50,650 nucleotides of DNA, taken from positions 1 through 50,650 of IMG/VR virus record IMGVR_UViG_3300035164_000339; one strand, 5' to 3'. The DNA is from a virus (lineage: Duplodnaviria; Caudoviricetes). The notes below the pieces were generated by a model. That model did not search any database. It was not told where the DNA came from and saw only the letters and a list, made by a program, of their open reading frames with translations. A program made the position numbers and the translations under genes. Shown piece after piece: positions 35,170-43,640 of the stretch (position 1 is the first letter of the stretch; every line of letters starts with the position of its first letter).

Positions 35170-37304
35170 CTTTTTTTATTCCTTAACTGCCATTGATAGT
35201 ATCCCCAACCTTTTTTGTATCCATGTTTTATGGCTACTGCCTCAAATTCTTCTACAGTTTTGCAATCTCTTAACTCTCCTTTTTTCTGCATTGTGTCTAT
35301 GAATTTCTTAGCACAAACATTTCTGTAAATCCAATCTGCGTTGTAACTAACTCTAAAACTTGCATCACGACAGATCTTAATAAATTTTTCTATCAAGAAC
35401 TTATCTGGTTTTATATCTCTTATTTGCTGTCTTACTTTTAGTGCTTGCTTAAAATTTATTGTTGGTAATGGATTACTACCTGTTTTATAAGAAGGCTCAT
35501 ATTCTTCTATACCCTTATCTGTAAGTAGAACCAATGTATAACCTTTATGAATATATCCATCATTTTGTCTGGTTCTTTTTAAATATAATTTATCTGTAGC
35601 AAAAACAAATTCTGGATGTTGCAAATTAACATAGGGTTGAAATCTTTTTCCAAGAAATACTATTTTATTTAAAATCTGCTTATTTTCTTTTATATCTGTT
35701 AATTCGCCAAAGCTAACACCTTCTTTAACTATTTCTGGATTTGCATAGCTATAGTTCATTTCTTTATATCTATCTGGTATAGGAGGAACGGTATAAGGAT
35801 ATGTACGACCAAGTTTTTTACCTTTATCTACAAATCCAACAACAATTCCATATCTCTGATTATTCATACCTTCATAAAAAACAACATTGTCTCCAACGTT
35901 TACTTCTTTATCTGCTTTCTTATCAAACTTATTACTTGTAAGCCAATTTTTATCTGTTTTAAATATTATCTTAGATTTACGATTTATTTTATTAAATTCT
36001 CTTGTTATCTTATCGTTAAATTGTTTGCTGGCATAGATAGAATCTTTATAGTTGTTTTTTAAAGTTTGTGGTTCTTTTTCTTTGTTTAGTAGTTCTAGTT
36101 CTCCTTCTTCTGTTAGTAATAGCCTCTCCTTAGTTTCTGCTTTGTAACCACATACTGGACATACTGGTTGTGGTTTGTAGGTAGCAAAACATTGCTTGCA
36201 AGTTTCTACGCCTACTGCCTTAACACCTTTTCTTGTTGTTTTTGTTATTGGATTAAGATCCCATTGTCTTTCATCATCAACAAATCCATGAGTTCTGGTG
36301 CTGTTGACATGATCTAATATTATTGCTGTTTTATTTGCTTGCGGCCTAAGAATCCTTCCTACTTGTTGTAGATATAAAGCAAGAGATTGTGTCGGACGAA
36401 GAAGAATAGCGGCTGCAACTACTGGAACATCAGTTCCTTCGCTGATTACATCCACAGAAGTTAATACTTGTACAGAACCATTAGCCAAACCTTTTATTGC
36501 TTCATCACGTTCTGTTGTTTTCATCTCGCCATGAACAATTGCTGCTTTATAACCAGCTTCGAGAAATTTATTTTTAACATCTTCTGCGTGTTTTATAGAA
36601 ACACAGAATGCAATAGCTGGTAAACCATCAGCGTGTTTTTTATATTGTTCTACTGCATCGCCAATGATAGATGTCTTATTCATCTCTTCTACTAGTTCTC
36701 CCTTTGCATAATCTCCTCTTTTAGTTGTTATTTTGTCTAAATTAACCTTAAAAGGCGGTGCATATACCTTATATGGCGCTAAATAACCTTGTTCAATAAG
36801 AGTTGCAGTACCCGGCCCTAAAATCATATCGTCAAAATAATCTCCAAGACCTTTTCCATCTAATCTCTCTGGTGTTGCAGTACAACCTATTTTGTAAGTG
36901 TTTTTATAGTGGTTTATAATTTTCTGCCAAGTGCCAGCGGCTGCGTGATGCGCTTCATCAATTATTAGATAATCTGGTTTGTAATCAATAGTTTCTAATC
37001 TTCTAACTAAAGTTTGTACTGATGCAACTTGTATATTAGTTTCTTGACCTTTATAACCTGATGCGATGATGCCATGATAAACATCTACATATTCTAATTT
37101 GTCAGAAGCTTGATCAACTAACTCTTTTCTATGTACAAGTATTAATACATTTTTCTTATTAGATTCTAGTGCTTTAGATATTTCTGCAAAGACAACAGTC
37201 TTACCTGATCCTGTAGGCATTACAAGAAGAGGAGATTTGTTGCCTTGTTTAAAGGACGACCTCAAATCAGATATTGCTTTTGTTTGATAATCCCTGAGTT
37301 GCAT
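35166..37304 (-). CDS. Superfamily 2 DEAH helicase with Zn finger and C-terminal insertion
   Basis: LRDYQ, PTGSGKT, DEAHH, TATP.RLDG, QQVGRILR, CKQC..CPVC, GYKKGW; ATG 37304. Confidence 0.92.
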   Translation of the reverse strand: MQLRDYQTKAISDLRSSFKQGNKSPLLVMPTGSGKTVVFAEISKALESNKKNVLILVHRKELVDQASDKLEYVDVYHGIIASGYKGQETNIQVASVQTLVRRLETIDYKPDYLIIDEAHHAAAGTWQKIINHYKNTYKIGCTATPERLDGKGLGDYFDDMILGPGTATLIEQGYLAPYKVYAPPFKVNLDKITTKRGDYAKGELVEEMNKTSIIGDAVEQYKKHADGLPAIAFCVSIKHAEDVKNKFLEAGYKAAIVHGEMKTTERDEAIKGLANGSVQVLTSVDVISEGTDVPVVAAAILLRPTQSLALYLQQVGRILRPQANKTAIILDHVNSTRTHGFVDDERQWDLNPITKTTRKGVKAVGVETCKQCFATYKPQPVCPVCGYKAETKERLLLTEEGELELLNKEKEPQTLKNNYKDSIYASKQFNDKITREFNKINRKSKIIFKTDKNWLTSNKFDKKADKEVNVGDNVVFYEGMNNQRYGIVVGFVDKGKKLGRTYPYTVPPIPDRYKEMNYSYANPEIVKEGVSFGELTDIKENKQILNKIVFLGKRFQPYVNLQHPEFVFATDKLYLKRTRQNDGYIHKGYTLVLLTDKGIEEYEPSYKTGSNPLPTINFKQALKVRQQIRDIKPDKFLIEKFIKICRDASFRVSYNADWIYRNVCAKKFIDTMQKKGELRDCKTVEEFEAVAIKHGYKKGWGYYQWQLRNKKR

Positions 37305-37308
37305 TATG

Positions 37309-37354
37309 TTGACAATTGTTATCAAATGATATATGATGTTATATAAGAAGTCAA
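37309..37354. promoter_or_regulatory. Overlapping divergent sigma70 promoters
   Basis: Plus: TTGACA(37309)-17-TATGAT; minus: TTGACT(37354)-17-TATCAT. Confidence 0.8.
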
Positions 37355-37361
37355 GTTTTTT

Positions 37362-37520
37362 ATGGAAAACGATTACAGTCAAGAAATTGCAAACAGTCCT
37401 ACGACTCGTTGTTTTTTCTCATCTATAGAAGAAGTTTTAAAAGAATATCAAGCAGAAGGTCTTACAAGACAAGAAGCTGTTAAAAGATTTTGCAAAGAAA
37501 ATAACGAGGCAAAAAAATGA
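37362..37520 (+). CDS. Hypothetical protein (52 aa)
   Basis: Read by hand: MENDYSQEIANSPTTRCFF...; ATGA coupling to the next gene. Confidence 0.6.
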   Translation: MENDYSQEIANSPTTRCFFSSIEEVLKEYQAEGLTRQEAVKRFCKENNEAKK

Positions 37521-37816
37521 ACGAGGAACAACGAGAAAAACTGGCACAAGTTTTACTAGAAGAATCTCTTACTTGTGCTGATAGAAATGATTTAGAAGAT
37601 GCAAAAGATCTTATGCAAAGATCTGTAGCAATCAAGTGGAATCACACTATACAAAAAATTCTTAATGGCGACAAAGAGCTACTTAAAGAAACAACAAGAA
37701 AACAATTTAATGGAAATAGAACTGACATGATCATCTCTAGATGCATTATGAATGAAGTTGTTACTAATAAAGAATGGCTTAAAAAAAATAATCTAGGTGT
37801 GGAGTGGTACGAGTAA
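37517..37816 (+). CDS. Hypothetical protein
   Basis: Coupled ORF. Confidence 0.7.
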   Translation: MNEEQREKLAQVLLEESLTCADRNDLEDAKDLMQRSVAIKWNHTIQKILNGDKELLKETTRKQFNGNRTDMIISRCIMNEVVTNKEWLKKNNLGVEWYE

Positions 37817-38067
37817 TGTCATTTACAAAATCAGAATTAGTAGATCGTTTATTACTTCATGTAAGAACAGATAATTACAAAGGTTTTTGCTCTGCTGTGG
37901 ATAGTGGTTATCAAAGATTTGGAGAAATAGAATTATACAAAATAATGACTAGCGACTTGCTAAAACAAATTTGTGATTGCGATGAGCTTGATACTTTCCT
38001 CAGTTGGGGAGACAAGCTACATGATGATGGCTTTAACAATTGGAAGGATAGGATAGACAATGTATAA
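37816..38067 (+). CDS. Hypothetical protein
   Basis: TAATG-coupled ORF. Confidence 0.65.
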   Translation: MSFTKSELVDRLLLHVRTDNYKGFCSAVDSGYQRFGEIELYKIMTSDLLKQICDCDELDTFLSWGDKLHDDGFNNWKDRIDNV

Positions 38068-38890
38068 ACCAGAAATTATTACTAACGCCGAATATCACGG
38101 CAGAAAAACACATTTATCTTCTACTAACATCCGCACGTTTAAGAAGAACAGAAAACAGTTTGAGTATAGTTTGACTCATGATTTAGTAAAACAAACTAAA
38201 GCAATGGCAGATGGTACTGCTGTTCATGCATTCTTTTTAGAACGAGATAAGTTTGATACTGACTTTGTTATTAAACCAGCAGATATGCGACTTAATACAA
38301 AAGCTGGTAAAGAATGGGCGCAAGAACACCAAAGTAAAATTATTATTGATTCTGAGCTTGGCAACAATCTGTATGAAATGGAGAAATCTTTCATGGATAG
38401 CCCAGCAAAATTAATCTACGATATCAAAGGACAAACAGAATTAAGCTATTTTTGGGATGATTTAGGCACAATTAAGGGTAAATGTAGGCCAGATTGGATA
38501 TCTAATGATGGAGAAATTGTTGTTGATTTAAAAACTACAACAGATGCAAGTCCTAGAGGATTTCAAAAGTCTATTGCAAACTGGGGCTACCATCTACAGC
38601 TTGGTTGGTATTTAAGAGGATTACAGAAACTTGGCTTAGATACATATGATTTTATTTTTATTGCAATAGAAAAGACACCACCTTTTTGTGTTGGAGTTTA
38701 TAGAGCAGATCGAGACATGATTAACTTTGCAATGAAAGAACTAGATCAACTTATGCCAGAAATACAAACTGCAATGGTGTCTAATGAGTTTCCAGACTAT
38801 ACACCAGAAATAACTTCTATTGGTCTTCCACCTTGGATGATCGATAAGAAAGAACAACAACCAGAACACGAGGAGGTAGAACTTTACTAA
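38060..38890 (+). CDS. RecE / exonuclease VIII-like PD-(D/E)XK nuclease
   Basis: EYH...LSS, GTAVH, KCRPDW, VDLKTT, YHLQ..WY, IEK.PP. Confidence 0.88.
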   Translation: MYKPEIITNAEYHGRKTHLSSTNIRTFKKNRKQFEYSLTHDLVKQTKAMADGTAVHAFFLERDKFDTDFVIKPADMRLNTKAGKEWAQEHQSKIIIDSELGNNLYEMEKSFMDSPAKLIYDIKGQTELSYFWDDLGTIKGKCRPDWISNDGEIVVDLKTTTDASPRGFQKSIANWGYHLQLGWYLRGLQKLGLDTYDFIFIAIEKTPPFCVGVYRADRDMINFAMKELDQLMPEIQTAMVSNEFPDYTPEITSIGLPPWMIDKKEQQPEHEEVELY

Positions 38891-39501
38891 TGACTTCAGA
38901 AATCACAACACAATCACTAGAAGGCGAATCTTCTATCTACAAGAACACAGATTCTTTTGAGTTTGCACAAAGGCAAGCAAAAAGTTTATGCGAATCTAAT
39001 TTAGTTCCTATTAGCTATCGAGGACAAAAAGGATTACCTAATTGTTTGGTGGCATTGGAAATGAGTAAAAGAATGAATCTTAGCCCTTTAACTGTTATGC
39101 AAAATTTAAATATTATTCATGGTACACCTACATGGTCAGCACAATTTATATGTAGTCAAATTATGGGCTGCGGTAGATTTGAAAACTTTGATTATCTTGT
39201 CAAAGGAGAAGGCGAAACACTTGAAGTGCAATGTATTGCAAAAAGGATAGCAGATCAAAAGTTAATAAAAGGCACAGCGGTATCTATGAAGATGGCTAGG
39301 TTAGAAGGCTGGACTAAAAACCCGAAATATACATCAATGCCGGAATTAATGTTGAAGAACCGCGCCGCAACATTTTTTGGCAGACAATATATTCCTGACC
39401 TATTGTTAGGAGTACAGACCAGCGAAGAGGTTGTAGACATACAACCTTTAGACGTTACACCTGAGACAGTAAAGGAGACTTTAGATGACCACGGAATGTA
39501 A
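38890..39501 (+). CDS. RecT-like single-strand annealing protein
   Basis: LVP..Y.G, NC.VALE, P..VMQN, P.W.A, MPELML..RA..FFGR; follows RecE. Confidence 0.75.
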   Translation: MTSEITTQSLEGESSIYKNTDSFEFAQRQAKSLCESNLVPISYRGQKGLPNCLVALEMSKRMNLSPLTVMQNLNIIHGTPTWSAQFICSQIMGCGRFENFDYLVKGEGETLEVQCIAKRIADQKLIKGTAVSMKMARLEGWTKNPKYTSMPELMLKNRAATFFGRQYIPDLLLGVQTSEEVVDIQPLDVTPETVKETLDDHGM

Positions 39502-39685
39502 TGATCAGTTTTTAACACCGGCTGAACTAGCTAAACGATGGCGAGTTCATGTCAATTCTGTTGCACGATGGAGGATGGAGGGCAAACCCCCTGATTACAT
39601 CATGATCAACGGAAAAATCCTCTATAAGTTAGCTGATATAGAGGCTCTCGAATTAGCTAAACGTCAATCTAATCCAATTACTTAA
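39485..39685 (+). CDS. Excisionase/AlpA-like HTH protein
   Basis: LTPAELAKRW.V...VARWR..G.PP.Y..I.GKILY...DI. Confidence 0.8.
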   Translation: MTTECNDQFLTPAELAKRWRVHVNSVARWRMEGKPPDYIMINGKILYKLADIEALELAKRQSNPIT

Positions 39686-39687
39686 TT

Positions 39688-40068
39688 ATGGAATTTAAAG
39701 TAAACCTTGCACTTTTTAAAGCCACAGAAGATAGCCTTAAGGCTAGATATGGCGATAAGTATGACCCTAGCAAAAAGTATCCACAATACAATGGAACTAT
39801 GCAAGTAACGCAAATGGACATTGTAAAAATGGTTAATTATTTGCAGAAAGCAGAACCAGAAGTTACTGACTACCATCCAGAAGGCGCTGTTACTGTAAGA
39901 GCTAGTGCTTATATTAATACATCTAAGAGTGGCCTACAGTATCTATCTATTAATCTAGAGCCAGACTACAAAACACTAAAGGCTATAGAAGAAAAAGAAT
40001 CCGGTGTTACAAGTTCTACTCCAGCACCTAGAACTGTAGATCCAACAGAGGATATTATTCCTTTCTAA
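39688..40068 (+). CDS. Single-stranded DNA-binding protein-like
   Basis: PQYNG, SKSG..YLSI, acidic tail EDIIPF. Confidence 0.7.
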   Translation: MEFKVNLALFKATEDSLKARYGDKYDPSKKYPQYNGTMQVTQMDIVKMVNYLQKAEPEVTDYHPEGAVTVRASAYINTSKSGLQYLSINLEPDYKTLKAIEEKESGVTSSTPAPRTVDPTEDIIPF

Positions 40069-40074
40069 ACATAT

Positions 40075-40097
40075 AGGGGCATTTAGCCCCTTTTTTT
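40075..40097 (+). terminator. Intrinsic terminator
   Basis: AGGGGC-N5-GCCCCT + T run. Confidence 0.8.
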
Positions 40098-40150
40098 AAA
40101 CTTTATTATCATTTAAGCTAAAATAAATGTATAAATCTTGTAATTACACC

Positions 40151-40537
40151 ATGTCCGCTTTTTATAAAAGCATAAGTCTAGATCAAATAATTCATGTCGA
40201 TAAGATTAATGAATTAACACCAGATCAACAAACAGTTCTTAGAGATGAACTAAGGATTGCTGTTGATGAAATGAATTTTATGGAGAGAAGGGTAAAAAAA
40301 GAAGCACCTTCTATAGAAAACAATACTTGGCTGCATAAGGTTAATAAAAAGATAAATATTTGCAATCAATTCATCAGAATATTAGATATGCAGCAAGAAC
40401 AAAAGACTTCTTACAAGAACAAATATGAGGAAACACTTTCTAATTTATTAGTTAAGAAATTAGGAAAAAGTACATATGAGGCAATACAGCAAAAGGCGCA
40501 TATGTTAACAATAAGTGAGTTAATGGAGCAAAACTAA
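40151..40537 (+). CDS. Hypothetical protein
   Basis: ATG 40151 after a TTACACC leader. Confidence 0.7.
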   Translation: MSAFYKSISLDQIIHVDKINELTPDQQTVLRDELRIAVDEMNFMERRVKKEAPSIENNTWLHKVNKKINICNQFIRILDMQQEQKTSYKNKYEETLSNLLVKKLGKSTYEAIQQKAHMLTISELMEQN

Positions 40538-40800
40538 TGTCTACTGAAGACGAAAAAATATTAGAAAAATTAAAAGCAAACAAAATAGATAAATTAGAAG
40601 AAAAATTAGATCATAATATTAGAGGTTATGATCATTTGATTGAATATAAAGATGATCATAAATGTGGTTTAAGAAGTGATTGGGTTGACGAAAATATACA
40701 GATTGTAATTGATCAACACAACATAGAAATTGAAAAAGTAAAAAAAATGACGATAGCAGATTTTAGTCAAAACGAAATTAAACAGGTTACAGAAACCTGA
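40537..40800 (+). CDS. Hypothetical protein
   Basis: Coupled ORF. Confidence 0.65.
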   Translation: MSTEDEKILEKLKANKIDKLEEKLDHNIRGYDHLIEYKDDHKCGLRSDWVDENIQIVIDQHNIEIEKVKKMTIADFSQNEIKQVTET

Positions 40801-40847
40801 TATATCCACTCCCTCGCAAGAACATTAACCAAACCCACGCAAGAACA

Positions 40848-41072
40848 ATGAAATCAAACAACTTTCCCGACAAAGAAATGCTAGATATGCCACCTGACAT
40901 GGAGGGCGTTACTAGAGCAGAAAAAGACAGTAAAACTAGAAAATATAGGTTTATTGTCAATAACGTTGGCAATTGCCCTATGAAGCTAACAACCTATGCA
41001 GAAAACAAAAAGAAAGCTATTAAGTATGTAGAAGCAAGATGGAAAGATTGTAAATGGGAGATAGTTGAGTAA
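40848..41072 (+). CDS. Hypothetical protein
   Basis: Preceded by two GCAAGAAC copies. Confidence 0.65.
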   Translation: MKSNNFPDKEMLDMPPDMEGVTRAEKDSKTRKYRFIVNNVGNCPMKLTTYAENKKKAIKYVEARWKDCKWEIVE

Positions 41073-41482
41073 TGAAAATTGATTTAAATGATCGAGAATG
41101 GCGACACATTAAAGTTGGATTACTTCAATCAATTTCTAATGCTGATAAATGTTCTAAATGTAAATTTGACGATAATCCTTTAATAAAAGAACTTTTAAAA
41201 CTTCATGACAAAATTGCTGTAGCAATGGAAAAGGAAAAAGAAAAACCAAAAAGCGATCCTTTTGATCCTTATAAAAGAAGATACTACGCAAGCAAAGGTT
41301 TTTATCAGCAATTAACTGCTGCCGATATGATGGGTTTAAAATCAGAATCTTCTCTAGTTAAATACAGAAAAAATGGAGTATTAAAAGAAAACATACATTG
41401 GATACGAACAGTTGGTCGAGGAATTTCATATAAGCCAGAACTTTGTAAATTAGCAATACAAAAAGCAAAATTGGGTTACTAA
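41072..41482 (+). CDS. Hypothetical protein with a possible C-terminal HTH
   Basis: AADMMGLKSESSLVKYRKNGVLKENIHW. Confidence 0.6.
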   Translation: MKIDLNDREWRHIKVGLLQSISNADKCSKCKFDDNPLIKELLKLHDKIAVAMEKEKEKPKSDPFDPYKRRYYASKGFYQQLTAADMMGLKSESSLVKYRKNGVLKENIHWIRTVGRGISYKPELCKLAIQKAKLGY

Positions 41483-41568
41483 TGAAAACAAAAGAAAAAA
41501 TAGAAGCCGCGCAGAAGCGCATTAAAGAATTAAAAATATTAATTAAGTGTTGGGAAAAGAAATAAATC

Positions 41569-41754
41569 TTGTATATCACACATTTAGTCTGCAAAGGACA
41601 AATCGGAGTCAACCCGATATATTATGGACTTACAGCAAAATTTAGACCTTGGTATTTTGATGGACAAAAAGTTTATGCCGGTAGATTATTCGAGACAGAA
41701 TCAGAGGCAAAAGAAGCAGCAAAACAACTTAGGAGAGCTTGTATGTTGCGGTAA
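41569..41754 (+). CDS. Hypothetical protein
   Basis: PWYFDG..VYAGR.FETE.EA...A pattern. Confidence 0.55.
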   Translation: MYITHLVCKGQIGVNPIYYGLTAKFRPWYFDGQKVYAGRLFETESEAKEAAKQLRRACMLR

Positions 41755-41847
41755 TCATGTGTTTAGGGTTATAAATGGACAAAGACAATGGATTAGCAAA
41801 CCACCAGATGATTGGGAAACTATTGACGGCAGAGTTTGGACTAAGTA

Positions 41848-42162
41848 GTGGCATCTCTTAGGTATCATGCTGGACGCATGGTGCTATATGAAGAGAAACC
41901 TAATGTTTGGCGTGTAAAAATAAAAACAAAAACAGGTAAGTTAAATTTACCTTTAACTGCTAAAGAATTAGAACCAGCCCTTATAGAAGCAGAATATTTA
42001 TATGCAGATGCTAGGTGTATGAGCAGAGATCATCCATTATGTATAGATTGTATACATCATTTAGTTATTAAGGCTGAATGCGGTCTAGGAATGCCAGAAG
42101 GCAAAGCTACAGGAGGTATGTGGGCTAAAGATTGCGCTTATTTTTGGGAGAGGAAGATTTAG
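41848..42162 (+). CDS. Hypothetical Cys-rich protein
   Basis: CIDCIH...CGLG.PE...A.DC..F. Confidence 0.65.
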   Translation: MASLRYHAGRMVLYEEKPNVWRVKIKTKTGKLNLPLTAKELEPALIEAEYLYADARCMSRDHPLCIDCIHHLVIKAECGLGMPEGKATGGMWAKDCAYFWERKI

Positions 42163-42397
42163 CGTTAATTTTGTCTATATGATCGCCAGCTTGTTGAATA
42201 ATTTTTACAAGACGATAATTTTCTTTTGATAAAGCACTTATAAGATCTGGCACTTCATCAGGATCAATGTAATTAACTATTGATCTAAGCACTATCTCAA
42301 TATGCAATTCTTCCTCATAGGATACGTCAGCCATAACCCAAGGCTCTACTTTTTTCCTTTTTTTAGCTTGGTTACTGAACCAACCAGACCAAGGCAT
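42125..42397 (-). CDS. Small helical protein, possibly NblA-like
   Basis: VSYEEEL....LR.I....D...V..L..ALSKENYRL pattern; start uncertain (42397-42457). Confidence 0.45.
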   Translation of the reverse strand: MPWSGWFSNQAKKRKKVEPWVMADVSYEEELHIEIVLRSIVNYIDPDEVPDLISALSKENYRLVKIIQQAGDHIDKINAKSSSPKNKRNL

Positions 42398-42422
42398 TTG
42401 TAGTCTCATGCCTTTACGATAG

Positions 42423-42620
42423 CTAGGATGCTCTGAGATAGCCAGCTTTTCGATCATTTATTATTCTTTCTGGTGTTTGAACAGTATGCCATTTATGTTC
42501 ACAAACCATACATAATCTTCTTCTAACAATTGTTTTTTTTGAATTTCTTTGTGAGTCAATAACTTTTTGTCTTGTTACTTTTTGGCATTTAGGACATTTT
42601 ACAAAAGTCAATCGATGCAT
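42423..42620 (-). CDS. NrdR-N-like zinc-ribbon protein
   Basis: CPKC...KVIDS.....RRRLC..C..KW.T. Confidence 0.7.
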   Translation of the reverse strand: MHRLTFVKCPKCQKVTRQKVIDSQRNSKKTIVRRRLCMVCEHKWHTVQTPERIINDRKAGYLRAS

Positions 42621-42677
42621 TTCTGGATTTTTAAGGATTTTTAATTTAACATATGAATAGTTACACCCATCACCAAA

Positions 42678-42740
42678 ATGCCAGGTCACTACGGAACAGG
42701 AACTAAGAAAAAGAAGAAGAAAAAAGGCGGTAAAAAGTAG
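42678..42740 (+). CDS. Lysine-rich micropeptide (20 aa)
   Basis: MPGHYGTGTKKKKKKKGGKK; TTACACC leader upstream. Confidence 0.5.
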   Translation: MPGHYGTGTKKKKKKKGGKK

Positions 42741-42902
42741 TTATCTACCGGGAAATAGCGCTCTTTCTAAAGCATCGCAAAGCCTGTCGTCAACCGTATT
42801 ATCAGTCTTCTTAACCATTGCTCGTACTATATCTAGTGCGAGTTTTTTTATTGCTGACCCACGAAGGAAGGCAAATAAAATTGGTTCAATAATTTTAAGC
42901 AT
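42741..42902 (-). CDS. Small amphipathic protein (53 aa), holin-like candidate
   Basis: Read by hand: MLKIIEPILFAFLRGSAIKKLALDIVRAMVKKTDNTVDD...; TDN.VDD motif common in cyanophage small proteins. Confidence 0.6.
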   Translation of the reverse strand: MLKIIEPILFAFLRGSAIKKLALDIVRAMVKKTDNTVDDRLCDALERALFPGR

Positions 42903-42910
42903 AATTTTTA

Positions 42911-43058
42911 AGATAAAGAAAGATCGGGAGATTGGTCAGTCGAACTCTTAAGACTGCCCTGCCTTACTCTCATCAAGCCCAACCCGAACTTGATATTATC
43001 AAGAGGTATAGCTTTCAGATCCGCTTTGCAAGAGATCGTCAGGCTTCCCGACTTATCT
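42911..43058 (-). ncRNA. Structured RNA / 5' leader of unknown family
   Basis: Closing helix UCGGGA/UCCCGA, nested GCCU/AGGC, hairpins GAUCU/GGAUC (GCAA loop), CAGUC/GACUG and CUUGAU/AUCAAG; TATAGT -10 just upstream. Confidence 0.55.
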
Positions 43059-43103
43059 AAATATTACTATAAATTAGAAAAAAAATCTAAACGGAAAACT
43101 AGT

Positions 43104-43161
43104 GTGCCAATTAAATTAGTGTCACACTAAAATCCTATTCTTGATTAGTTGCCTTTATAAT
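43104..43161 (+). promoter_or_regulatory. Early promoter with GTGCC-N10-GTGTC element
   Basis: GTGCCAATTAAATTAGTGTCACAC; TATAAT at 43156. Confidence 0.6.
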
Positions 43162-43212
43162 AAGGATAGCCGGTAGAGGTATCGGCTAATTGCACATTGA
43201 CTCTTGAATATT

Positions 43213-43590
43213 ATGATTAAGTTCACTAAGCTCCAATCTGAGCTTCTTGCTGATCGCCCACCTGATTGTATAGCTGATTGCTTAAGTCAGACTTACGATT
43301 GGGATTTCGATTTTATCGATGAAAAAGCTTCCGATTTATCTAGAGATTTAGAATTTCGACAAGAAATTAAAGACGATCTAGATAAATACGATCTGGAAAT
43401 CTTGGCTGATATGATTAACGGCAACACGATTATGCAAGGTTTAGCTGATGCCGCCGAGTTCGAGGAGATTACCAAAAAAGAATTTGGTAATTATAAACGA
43501 GCTTTTAAAAGCGTTATTAAAAAGCTAAATAAGATCGGTGAAGGACATGAAAGTTATCCGATTGAGGATAACTGGATGTTGTACTACTAA
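43213..43590 (+). CDS. Acidic hypothetical protein
   Basis: D/E-rich ORF behind the early-type promoter; followed by GCCCTC-TTCG-GAGGGC hairpin. Confidence 0.7.
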   Translation: MIKFTKLQSELLADRPPDCIADCLSQTYDWDFDFIDEKASDLSRDLEFRQEIKDDLDKYDLEILADMINGNTIMQGLADAAEFEEITKKEFGNYKRAFKSVIKKLNKIGEGHESYPIEDNWMLYY

Positions 43591-43640
43591 ACTAATCGCC
43601 CTCTTCGGAGGGCATTACACATTATACATTGCACTTTATT

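Noticed and set aside
35280-36070. Intein in the helicase
   Set aside because: No C/S start, no HN-C/S/T end, no LAGLIDADG blocks; lies outside conserved motifs
39485-39685. Evidence of lysogeny from the Xis-like gene
   Set aside because: No integrase, att site or repressor recognised; such HTH genes are common in replication modules
43010-43045. Hammerhead ribozyme (CUGACGA...GAAA on the minus strand)
   Set aside because: Stem II would be closed by U/U, the GA of the core is used in the GAUC helix, and no matching stem III/cleavage triplet was found
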